Positions 1 through 6,575 of a stretch of 43,168 nucleotides of DNA are shown one piece after another. The number at the start of each line of letters is the position of its first letter. Position 1 is the stretch's first letter. The stretch lies in the IMG/VR virus record IMGVR_UViG_3300025146_000006. One strand, given 5' to 3'. The stretch comes from a virus. Under the pieces are notes generated by a model. It saw only the letters and a list, made by a program, of their open reading frames with translations, was not told where the DNA came from and searched no databases. A program made the position numbers and the translations under genes.

Positions 1-99
1 AGGATGCCCAAGCCCACGACCGTGAAGCTCAGCGGCAGGGCGTCGCCCTCCACCTTAGGGGAGGTGGGGCGATGAACGCTCCCGGTCTGACCTGGAAGC
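1..99. repeat. Terminal overlap, copy 1 (identical to 43070..43168), marking circular closure of the contig
   Basis: Bases 1-99 (aggatgcccaagcccacgacc...cctggaagc) recur exactly at 43070-43168. ORFs and an RBS run cleanly across the junction. Confidence 0.95.
4..75 (+). CDS. Tiny 23-codon ORF (MPKPTTVKLSGRASPSTLGEVGR), speculative
   Basis: The ATG at 4 is preceded, across the circular junction (43061-43066), by AAGGAG. Its stop TGA 73-75 overlaps the ATG at 72 (ATGA). It is too short to judge coding potential. Confidence 0.25.
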   Translation: MPKPTTVKLSGRASPSTLGEVGR

Positions 100-176
100 C
101 CTGGATCTGCCCGCGCTGTCGGTATCAGAACGACGGGCGCGGCTGGCGCTGCTGGTTCTGCCGAGCCCATCGGTGA
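72..176 (+). CDS. 34-aa zinc-ribbon protein (RanBP2/NZF-like W-x-C-x2-C...C-x2-C)
   Basis: The translation is MNAPGLTWKPWICPRCRYQNDGRGWRCWFCRAHR. A GGGGAGGTGGGG RBS lies just upstream. The stop TGA 174-176 overlaps GTG 173 of the helicase gene (GTGA coupling). Confidence 0.6.
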   Translation: MNAPGLTWKPWICPRCRYQNDGRGWRCWFCRAHR

Positions 177-1477
177 CGCCCACCGACCCCGTGCTCACAC
201 CCCTCGGCGACAGTCTGTGGGTCGTCTGGCCGGAGCGCGGGACCCTCGAGTTCGCCCGCGTCGCCGAGCACAGCGACAGCCTCTCGGCCGAGGTCACCGT
301 GGTCAGCGTGGCGGCCGGCGAGCTGTCGTGGTCGCGGCTGAACCTCGCCAGCGCGCAGAGCCGGGCGGGGCTGGCGCGGCTGCTCGAGGAGCGGGACCCG
401 GGGCAGGACTGGCGGGCGATGCTCGACCGCTCGTGTCGGCTGGTCGCCAGGCACCTCAGGGCGGGGGAGCCGGCCGTGGCGCTCGTGCCCGCCCCGCCGC
501 CGGCCGCCCACTGGCTCGTCGAGGGCCTGGTCCCGGCCGGGCAACTCTCCGTCGTGTTCGGCGACGGGGGCGTGGGCAAGAGCTACCTCGCGCTCGCGCT
601 GGCCCTGGCCGGGCTGCTGGCGCGCCCCCTCAGCGCGCGCTGGCGGGTGGCCCCGCTTCGCCGCGTCCTCTACCTCGACTGGGAGAGCGGGCGCGACGAG
701 CAACAGGCGCGGCTCTGGCGGTTGACCCGGGGCCTCGGCTCGACGCCCGTGGACGGCGCGCTGCTCCACCGGACGATGCGGCGGCCCCTGCTCGACGATC
801 TGCCGGCGCTCCGCGCCGAGGTCGCGCGCGAGCACGTGGACCTCGTGATCGCGGACAGCCTGGCCCCCGCGTGCGGCCCCGAGCCCGAGACGGCGTCGGC
901 CGTCGTGCCCGCCCTCCTGGGTCTCCGGAGCCTCGCCGTGACCGTGCTCATCCTCGCGCACGTCAGCAAGCAGACCGCCGACGTCCGCGCCCCAGGCCGC
1001 CCCTTCGGGAGCGTGTTCGTCCAGAACCTGGCTCGGAGCACGATCGAGGCCCGGCGGAGCGAGGCCACGGGCGAGGGCGAGCCCGGGTACACGCTCACGC
1101 TCTACCACCGCAAGGCCAACGAGGGGGAGATGCTCAGGCCGTCGGCGCTCGACTTCCGCTGGACCGATCCAGGCACCCTGACGGTCCGGGCCGGGCAGGC
1201 GGAGATGGGCTGGGCGAGCCTGCCGCAACAGGTGCTCGATGCGCTTCGGACCCCGAAGACCGCCCGTCAACTGGCCGAAGAACTGGAGGTCACGCCCGCG
1301 TCTGCCAAGAAGACGCTGCAGCGCCTCGAAAAGCGGGACAACGTGATCCGGCTTTCCGGGACAGACGGCGGACGAGGCAACGAACAGCTGTGGGCGCGCA
1401 CAGATAGAAAGCGGGACATGGACGGTGCCCAACCGGGACACACCAGGGAGCCTGGCGAAGATGATCCACCGTTCTAG
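173..1477 (+). CDS. RepA/AAA_25-type RecA-fold replicative helicase or initiator with a C-terminal winged-helix domain
   Basis: 434 aa. Walker A is VVFGDGGVGKSYLALALA and Walker B-like is DLVIADSLAP, followed by VLILAHVSKQ. The C-terminus (LPQQVLDALRTPKTARQLAEELEVTPASAKKTLQRLEKRDNVIRL) looks like a MarR-like wHTH. GC3 is high. Confidence 0.8.
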   Translation: MTPTDPVLTPLGDSLWVVWPERGTLEFARVAEHSDSLSAEVTVVSVAAGELSWSRLNLASAQSRAGLARLLEERDPGQDWRAMLDRSCRLVARHLRAGEPAVALVPAPPPAAHWLVEGLVPAGQLSVVFGDGGVGKSYLALALALAGLLARPLSARWRVAPLRRVLYLDWESGRDEQQARLWRLTRGLGSTPVDGALLHRTMRRPLLDDLPALRAEVAREHVDLVIADSLAPACGPEPETASAVVPALLGLRSLAVTVLILAHVSKQTADVRAPGRPFGSVFVQNLARSTIEARRSEATGEGEPGYTLTLYHRKANEGEMLRPSALDFRWTDPGTLTVRAGQAEMGWASLPQQVLDALRTPKTARQLAEELEVTPASAKKTLQRLEKRDNVIRLSGTDGGRGNEQLWARTDRKRDMDGAQPGHTREPGEDDPPF

Positions 1478-1531
1478 CCGTCCGTTCCAAACCGGGACAC
1501 CCTATAGAGAGAGAAATCTGTCCCGGTTTGG
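1334..1531. repeat. Cluster of six CGGGACA heptamers (five direct, one inverted), a putative origin or iteron region
   Basis: Direct copies of CGGGACA lie at 1334-1340, 1357-1363, 1412-1418, 1434-1440 and 1493-1499. An inverted copy (TGTCCCG) lies at 1519-1525. The coding copies sit in different codon phases, so the signal is at the DNA level rather than a peptide repeat. Confidence 0.55.
1487..1531 (+). terminator. Perfect 13-bp inverted repeat (CCAAACCGGGACA / TGTCCCGGTTTGG) with a 19-nt loop; either a terminator hairpin or a paired iteron
   Basis: Arm 1487-1499 is the exact reverse complement of arm 1519-1531. It starts 10 nt after the helicase stop. No U-tract follows (gttcccccc), so it is not a canonical intrinsic terminator. 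Confidence 0.35.
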
Positions 1532-1659
1532 TTCCCCCCAGACCCCCTTCCAACACCAGAACGCCAGGACATCGCCCCTCCGGGCGCTTCCTTCAGGCGC
1601 CCTTCGAGGCGAGATCAGACCGACCCCAGAGCCACCCCGCAGGGAAAGAGAGAGACCCG

Positions 1660-2073
1660 ATGATCGACAGCCTCCAGCCCCTGTGGTCCACCCCGGTCGT
1701 CCTGCGCCTGCTCGGCATCTCGGCGCGCTGGCTCCGCATCCTGGGCACGCGCGCCGGTGTCCCCACACGCTACGCGCGCGTCAGCTCGCACCCGCGCAAG
1801 GTCAGGCTGTGGACCAGCGATGAGATCCGGCGCGTGCAGGCCGTGCGCTACGGCGTCGATGTCAAGACGTTTATGTCTGGCATCTCATACCGGCATTCCC
1901 AAGTGGGAATAGCGCCTTTGGAGGCCGCGACCGGGGTTACACTGCCTCCCGGCGATGCCCAGCCCGTTGACGAACGTGGCGGAATTCGACCGGCGTCTCG
2001 CCCAGCACGGGCTCGAGGCCGGAGCCCCGCTCGTCCCAGCGCTCGACGCCGAGGCGCTCCGCCAGCTCGCTGA
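1660..2073 (+). CDS. Excisionase/MerR-like HTH DNA-binding protein; the 3' end is uncertain
   Basis: The ATG at 1660 opens MIDSLQPLWSTPVVLRLLGISARWLRILGTRAGVPTRY...RLWTSDEIRRV, an HTH_17-like pattern. GC3 drops after about 1870, yet the frame stays open to 2073 and overlaps the next gene by 119 nt. Confidence 0.55.
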   Translation: MIDSLQPLWSTPVVLRLLGISARWLRILGTRAGVPTRYARVSSHPRKVRLWTSDEIRRVQAVRYGVDVKTFMSGISYRHSQVGIAPLEAATGVTLPPGDAQPVDERGGIRPASRPARARGRSPARPSARRRGAPPAR

Positions 2074-2356
2074 CGGCGACGGCGAGCGCGCTTGGTCGCG
2101 GCTGCGCGGCCCGCTCGTACAACAGCTGCTCCGCGTCGCCAACCTCCCGGATTCCCTCGCGAACGAGGTCCACTACGGTCTCAAGGCCAAGCACCAGGCG
2201 ATCGACGCGCTGTTGCGCCGCGCGCTGCCTGAGACCACGCGGCTCGAGGTCACCACCCCGCGCCTGAGTGATACAGAGCTGGTCGACACGCTCGCGGTGC
2301 TCGGGCTGGTCGTGCCGGCGGCGCTGCCGGCAGCTGAGGGGGAGGGCGAGGAGTGA
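1955..2356 (+). CDS. Hypothetical helical protein with an acidic C-terminus; a small-terminase role is possible by position only
   Basis: 133 aa with very high GC3 throughout. It lies upstream of the HNH and terminase genes. I recognised no motif. Confidence 0.6.
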   Translation: MPSPLTNVAEFDRRLAQHGLEAGAPLVPALDAEALRQLADGDGERAWSRLRGPLVQQLLRVANLPDSLANEVHYGLKAKHQAIDALLRRALPETTRLEVTTPRLSDTELVDTLAVLGLVVPAALPAAEGEGEE

Positions 2357-2376
2357 CGCGGTGCGCCCGAACGAGT

Positions 2377-2392
2377 CGTAATAGCTATTACG
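2377..2392. promoter_or_regulatory. Perfect 16-bp palindrome CGTAATAGCTATTACG, a candidate operator
   Basis: It sits in an AT-richer 120-bp intergenic island between 2356 and 2478, about 50 bp upstream of a promoter-like element. Confidence 0.35.
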
Positions 2393-2442
2393 AGAAGCTG
2401 TTTCGGATCATGGCGGATGCGTTGATGAATAGCGACCATCTG

Positions 2443-2471
2443 TTGACACGAGCGCCGATGCGTGTTATCAC
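2443..2471 (+). promoter_or_regulatory. Sigma70-like promoter candidate: TTGACA, 17-nt spacer, TATCAC, ending 6 nt before the HNH ATG (a leaderless arrangement)
   Basis: TTGACA lies at 2443-2448, the spacer at 2449-2465 and TATCAC at 2466-2471, with the ATG at 2478. The -10 element lacks the conserved final T, so the call is weak. Confidence 0.3.
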
Positions 2472-2477
2472 TCACGC

Positions 2478-2945
2478 ATGCGAATCACCATTCTCCCTCG
2501 ACCGCTCCAGGTCAGGATCAGGGCGCCGAGACTCTCCGGGTGCTGGCGCTGGGCAGGATCGGTTACACCGGCAGGCTACGCGCGATTCAATGGCCGCTAC
2601 GCGCATCGCGTCGCGTGGGTGCACGTCAACGGCCAGATCCCCGAGCGCATGGTGCTCCATCACGCCTGCGGCACTCGTGAGTGCGTGCGTCCCGATCACC
2701 TCCGGCTGGTCGAGCGCGGCCCCCACATCGCCGAACACGCCGCCAGCCGACCGCGTCTCAGCCCGGAGGAACGACGAGAGCGCACCAGGCAGTCGCAACG
2801 GGCGTGGCAGGCCCGCCAACGCCTGCGCGGCGGCTGTCGGCGCTGTGTGGCCCCGGCCCTGCCAGGACGAACCTTCTGCGCCCCCCACCTTGCCGCGGAG
2901 CGCGCAGCCAAACGCCTCCGCGCTGCCGCCTCCCGCCTGCCCTGA
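2478..2945 (+). CDS. HNH endonuclease (HNH_3 type), adjacent to the terminase
   Basis: 155 aa. The motif GCWRWAGSVTPAGYARFNGRYAHRVAWVHVNGQIPERMVLHHACGTRECVRPDHL is characteristic of phage HNH_3 proteins. Confidence 0.85.
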   Translation: MRITILPRPLQVRIRAPRLSGCWRWAGSVTPAGYARFNGRYAHRVAWVHVNGQIPERMVLHHACGTRECVRPDHLRLVERGPHIAEHAASRPRLSPEERRERTRQSQRAWQARQRLRGGCRRCVAPALPGRTFCAPHLAAERAAKRLRAAASRLP

Positions 2946-3009
2946 CCGCCTCGCCTCCGCCCTCGACGCCTGCCGGCTGCACGCGGGCGGCTGGCCCTGG
3001 CGCGCCGCG

Positions 3010-3288
3010 GTGCGCCTGGCCGGCCGAGCGGCCGACGTCGCGCCGACCTGCGGCCACGCGGGCCCGGCCTGCGTGCTCTGCGGGGCGTGCCGGGCGTGCC
3101 ACGCGCGCGCGGCCGCGGCGCCGAACGGGGGCCCCATGGGCCTGGGGCGGGTGCACCGGCCGGTCCTCTCCTCCGACACACCACGTCCAGGAATCGCCCC
3201 CCCGCCCGTGGTCGCCGTCCCCGAAATCCCCCCCCTGCGGGCCGTGGCGCCTCCGGGTGCCCCGATCGCCCCCGAGGTCAGGGCCTGA
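3010..3288 (+). CDS. Cys-rich and Pro-rich hypothetical protein; start uncertain (GTG 3010, or upstream TTG 2890)
   Basis: The frame has high GC3 from about 2941 to the stop at 3286-3288, which overlaps the terL ATG (ATGA). It contains TCGHAGPACVLCGACRACH. No canonical start with an RBS was found. Confidence 0.35.
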   Translation: MRLAGRAADVAPTCGHAGPACVLCGACRACHARAAAAPNGGPMGLGRVHRPVLSSDTPRPGIAPPPVVAVPEIPPLRAVAPPGAPIAPEVRA

Positions 3289-4130
3289 TGGCCCCCCCGG
3301 CGGCGCGCGTCGCGCCCAGAGCCTCTCAGGCGGCGCCCCGCCTCACCAAGACCGAGCGCGCGGCTCTGGCGCAGCGCCTCTGGGACGGGATCTGCGCCTC
3401 GCCCTACGTGTTCCTCGGGCTCGCGAAGACCCTGGACGAGCACGCGCCGGAGGGGGAGCCGGCGGTGCGGCCCTTTCCGCTCTGCGCGGTCTGCGCGCAG
3501 GACGAGGCGGCCAACGAGCGGATCGCCCTGCGGGGGGGGCTCTCGATCTGCGCGGCGCACGGGCGGCGGCACAAGCCGTACTTCCGGGTGCTCGGGGAGG
3601 CGTGGCGGCGGGCGCCGTGGGAGTCCGAGGGGATCGTCTTGCTCGAGAAGTCGCGGCAGATGATCTGCTCGTGGTTCTTCGTCGAGCTGCTCGGGTGGCA
3701 GGTGATGGTGCGGCCGGGGACGCGCAACGCCATCCAGAGCCTGAACTACGACAAGGCGTGCGAGCTGGTCGAGCGGTTCGCGCTGAGCTACCAGGCGCTG
3801 CCGGCCGAGGCGCAGCGGTACGGGCCGCTCTCGGACAGTCCCAAGGCCCGGGCGCGGGCGATTCGGGGGAAGGTGGAGTTCCCGGAGATCCACGCGGAGC
3901 TGGTGGCGCTGCCGAACGGGCCGAACCAGACGCGGATGTACACGTTCACCTCGCTGCTGATGGACGAGTGCCAGCATTGGGAGCCGGACGAGGACTTCGA
4001 GGACAGCTACGCGGCGGGGCTGGCGACGATCAAGGGGGACGTGAACCGGACGGGGCGGCTGGTGGCGCTGTCGACGGTGCACCACGCGGGGAGCTTCCAC
4101 CATCGGCTCTGCCGGGGGCTGGCGGCATGA
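3288..4130 (+). CDS. terL: Terminase large subunit, N-terminal ATPase half only
   Basis: 280 aa. Walker-A-like motif is GIVLLEKSRQMICSW, Walker B is TSLLMDECQHW and motif III is RLVALSTV. An N-terminal CxxC...CxxH insert (PLCAVCAQDE...SICAAHGRRH) is present. The ORF stops at 4128-4130 with no nuclease motifs. Confidence 0.8.
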   Translation: MAPPAARVAPRASQAAPRLTKTERAALAQRLWDGICASPYVFLGLAKTLDEHAPEGEPAVRPFPLCAVCAQDEAANERIALRGGLSICAAHGRRHKPYFRVLGEAWRRAPWESEGIVLLEKSRQMICSWFFVELLGWQVMVRPGTRNAIQSLNYDKACELVERFALSYQALPAEAQRYGPLSDSPKARARAIRGKVEFPEIHAELVALPNGPNQTRMYTFTSLLMDECQHWEPDEDFEDSYAAGLATIKGDVNRTGRLVALSTVHHAGSFHHRLCRGLAA

Positions 4131-4606
4131 CGGCGCGGGATCGGATCGACCTGGTCCTCGTCGCCGCGACGCTGGCGGCGCTCGCGCTCTGGGGGTCCGG
4201 GCTCTACGGCCAGTGGCGCGCCGGCCGGGACGTCGCCGGGGCGCAGGCCCTGGCCGACGCCTACGCCGTCCATCTCGACCACGGCCGGAGCCACGCCGTC
4301 GAGTGGGCGGTCTGCGGCGCGCGGGCGCAGGGCGCGCGGGAGGCGAAGGACGCCGAGGCCGAGCGGGGCGCCGTGCAGTGCTGGCAGGCGGCGCGCGGGC
4401 GGGCGATGGACGAGTGGCTCCCGCAGGTCTACGGGCGCCTGCGGGCCGACTTCGGCCGGGCGGTCGCGGAGTCCTGGAAGCTCGGGGCGGACCTGTCGGA
4501 CCTCGGGACCTCGGAGCGGCGCGAGCACCAGGCGCGCCTGCTGGCGCTCGATCGGCTGCTGGGGCCGATGCGGGACGGGACGCTGCGGCGGCGGGCCGCG
4601 CGGTGA
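4127..4606 (+). CDS. N-terminally membrane-anchored helical protein, unknown function
   Basis: 159 aa. The ATG at 4127 overlaps the terL-N stop (ATGA). The TM segment is IDLVLVAATLAALALWGSGLY and the remainder is charged and helical. Confidence 0.65.
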   Translation: MTARDRIDLVLVAATLAALALWGSGLYGQWRAGRDVAGAQALADAYAVHLDHGRSHAVEWAVCGARAQGAREAKDAEAERGAVQCWQAARGRAMDEWLPQVYGRLRADFGRAVAESWKLGADLSDLGTSERREHQARLLALDRLLGPMRDGTLRRRAAR

Positions 4607-4650
4607 TCACCACGGACCAGCCGGCCGGGCCGGCGAAGAAGGAGCGCGCG

Positions 4651-5397
4651 ATGAACGAGCGGAGACTCTGGCCGAGTGTCCTGGCGGTGGCCCTGATGGC
4701 GGCGGCGGCGCTCTGGGTCGCGTGGCCGGCCGAGGCGCAGTGGGCCGAGATCACGACCAACGCCGTGAAACCGGCCGACACCGCGAAAGCGATCACGATC
4801 GGCCCGTCGGCGACCTCGGGCGTGCAGGTGACGACGGCCGGCAAGCTGAACCAGCTGGTCGCCGACACGGACGGCTGGGCGTTCATCCCGGCCTATCAGG
4901 GCTGTATCGCGAACACGATCACCGTCTCCGGCGTGCAGGGCGCGAAGACCCTCGTCGCGTCCCGGCAGGGGCTGAACCAGTGGAGCCTGCACTGGTCCTC
5001 GGGGCCCTCGCTCGCGCCGTTCAAGATCGTCTGTTCGCTCAACTCGTGGCTGCAGCGGCTCGGGGTGCAGAAGGGCTACGCGCTCAAGACCGTCTCGATC
5101 GTGCACCAGTTCTCCGCGGCCCCCGGGTCCACCTTCACGGAATGGGGGCGCCTGGCCTCCTGCACCTACGCCAACAACACCGCCATCACGTGCGGGGAGA
5201 ACCTGGTGGCGTCGCCGACGATGCCGAGCGCGTCGGACCCGGAGCCCCAGGTGACGACCGCGACGCTGACGACCGCGGCCTACATCGCGTCGCAAGTCGA
5301 TCTGAACCTCGAGTTCGGCGTCGAGATCCCGCAGGGCGGCAACGGGATCTACAACCTCTACGGCGTCTTCGTCACCTTCAACCGGCTGGATCACTAG
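4651..5397 (+). CDS. Secreted protein with a Sec signal peptide, beta-rich, unknown function
   Basis: 248 aa with a GAAGGAG RBS. The N-terminus MNERRLWPSVLAVALMAAAALWVAWPAEA/QW has n-region, h-region and AxA-type features. The sequence is rich in Thr, Ser and Ala. Confidence 0.7.
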   Translation: MNERRLWPSVLAVALMAAAALWVAWPAEAQWAEITTNAVKPADTAKAITIGPSATSGVQVTTAGKLNQLVADTDGWAFIPAYQGCIANTITVSGVQGAKTLVASRQGLNQWSLHWSSGPSLAPFKIVCSLNSWLQRLGVQKGYALKTVSIVHQFSAAPGSTFTEWGRLASCTYANNTAITCGENLVASPTMPSASDPEPQVTTATLTTAAYIASQVDLNLEFGVEIPQGGNGIYNLYGVFVTFNRLDH

Positions 5398-5405
5398 GGC
5401 GACGC

Positions 5406-6575
5406 ATGACGCGGCCGATGCAGGCACTCGGCGGCCTCGCGCTCGCGGGGCTCGCCGTCTGCCTGCCGTGGCTGACCGCGTGGTCGGCCGCGCTCTGGCT
5501 CTCCTCGTCGCGGGCGATCCTCGAAACGCCGCTGACGGCGCTCGCGGTCGCCGCCTTCGTGCTCGTCGGGGCGGCCGTCGCGATCCACGAACCCTGGCTC
5601 GGCGCCTTCGTCGCCTACGCGGGGCTGTCGCTCTTCCGCATCGGCTGGCCGGGCATGGCCGAGGCCGTGCTCCCGATCGCGCTCGGCGCGGTGACGATCG
5701 TCGCGGTCGGCGCGCTGCCCGCCCGCGCGGCGTTCGCCGGGGCCGCCGGGGCCTGGACGCTCCGGTGGCGCGGGGCGGCGCTCGGGGCCGCGGTCACGCT
5801 GCCCGCCGGGACGCTCCGGTGGCGACGCTGGGCGCTCGCCGCCCTCGTGGCCGGCGGCGTGGCGCAAACGCTCTACGCGCTCGCGCAGCTGGCCGGCCTG
5901 GACCCGCTCTGGCTCGGCTGGCGCGTCTCCCGCCGGGCGCTGCTGCTCCAGGGCACCTTCGGCCAGCACGGGCTCTACGGCGCCTATCTGGCGCTCCTCG
6001 CCCCGCTGGCTCCACTCTGGCTCGTGCCGGTCTTCCTCGTCGGCCTGCTGCTCTCCTACTCGACGGTCGCCGTGGGCGCCGCCGCGGTCGGCCTCCTCCT
6101 GCGCTGGCGCACGCGCACCTGGGGCGCCTGGGCGCTCGCCCTCGTCACGCTCGCGCTCGTCTGGTGGGCGCGTGGGGGCGTGGCGGCCGAGGCGTGGACG
6201 AATCGCCTGGACATCGCGCGCCAGGGGCTCGCGGGCTGGCTCTGGGCCTCGCCGTGGCTCGGGCTCGGCCCTGCGGCGTGGGCCTCGGTCGCCGACCCGA
6301 TGCAACTCGTTCGCGTGGCGCCGCGCGGGGCGCGCGAGATCTTCGTCCAGGCCCACAACGAGTACGTGCAGGTCGCGTTCGAGTACGGGGTGGTGGGCGT
6401 CGGGCTGCTCGCCGGCTTCTGCTGGGCGCACCGCCGGGCCCTCCAGGGCCGCTTCGGCGGGGCGCTCGTGAGCCTCGCGCTCGTGTCGCTCGCGTGGTTC
6501 CCGTTCCGCGTGGCGACGGTCGCGTGGACGGCCGTGGTGATCGTCGGGCTGGCGCTCGCGGAGGAGGCGGCGTGA
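5406..6575 (+). CDS. Wzy_C / O-antigen-ligase-like polytopic membrane protein, paralog 1
   Basis: 389 aa and hydrophobic throughout. The loop motif WLGLGPAAW...FVQAHNEYVQVAFEYGVVG matches the G-x-G...H-N-x-Y...E-x-G pattern of the WaaL/Wzy/PglL family. Confidence 0.75.
   Translation: MTRPMQALGGLALAGLAVCLPWLTAWSAALWLSSSRAILETPLTALAVAAFVLVGAAVAIHEPWLGAFVAYAGLSLFRIGWPGMAEAVLPIALGAVTIVAVGALPARAAFAGAAGAWTLRWRGAALGAAVTLPAGTLRWRRWALAALVAGGVAQTLYALAQLAGLDPLWLGWRVSRRALLLQGTFGQHGLYGAYLALLAPLAPLWLVPVFLVGLLLSYSTVAVGAAAVGLLLRWRTRTWGAWALALVTLALVWWARGGVAAEAWTNRLDIARQGLAGWLWASPWLGLGPAAWASVADPMQLVRVAPRGAREIFVQAHNEYVQVAFEYGVVGVGLLAGFCWAHRRALQGRFGGALVSLALVSLAWFPFRVATVAWTAVVIVGLALAEEAA

Noticed and set aside
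1-99. The 99-bp terminal repeat interpreted as a biological direct terminal repeat.
   Set aside because: The length equals a common assembler k-mer, and the genes and RBS are continuous across the junction. It is most simply an assembly overlap of a circular or circularly permuted sequence. Without read-end data I cannot exclude a true short DTR.
125-1441. Long minus-strand ORFs opposite real genes. Examples are 125-1441 (438 aa), 2472-4886 (804 aa), 5394-6431, 7426-8694, 10412-12337 (641 aa), 14008-15642, 16158-17474, 17850-19547, 20223-21419, 22630-24033, 26747-28207, 34646-36859 (737 aa) and 37177-38805.
   Set aside because: Their translations are dominated by Arg, Pro, Gly and Ala, with no motifs. 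The opposite-strand frame has the high third-position GC and recognisable domains. These are the stop-poor shadow frames expected in DNA of about 70% GC.
3197-3298. Poly-C tracts (C7, C8, C7) considered as phase-variation switches.
   Set aside because: They fall in Pro-rich coding sequence (CCC/CCG codons), which is common in high-GC DNA. Nothing but their length suggests regulation. They are flagged only as possible indel-error sites.
2353-4606. Long plus-strand ORFs 2353-3288 (311 aa), 2681-4606 (641 aa), 4213-5397, 4722-6575 (upstream parts), 5468-7447 (upstream part) and 9788-12532 (upstream part), considered as single genes.
   Set aside because: Only their 3' portions coincide with motif-bearing, RBS-preceded genes. 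The upstream portions are out-of-frame read-through of neighbouring genes with junk composition.
4130-6572. An intron or intein as the explanation for the interrupted terminase.
   Set aside because: The intervening DNA encodes three ordinary-looking genes joined to both halves by ATGA/GTGA overlaps. The downstream half has its own RBS and start. No intein boundary residues (Cys/Ser at the N-extein junction, or HN followed by Cys/Ser/Thr) appear at the break, and no homing-endonuclease ORF lies inside.
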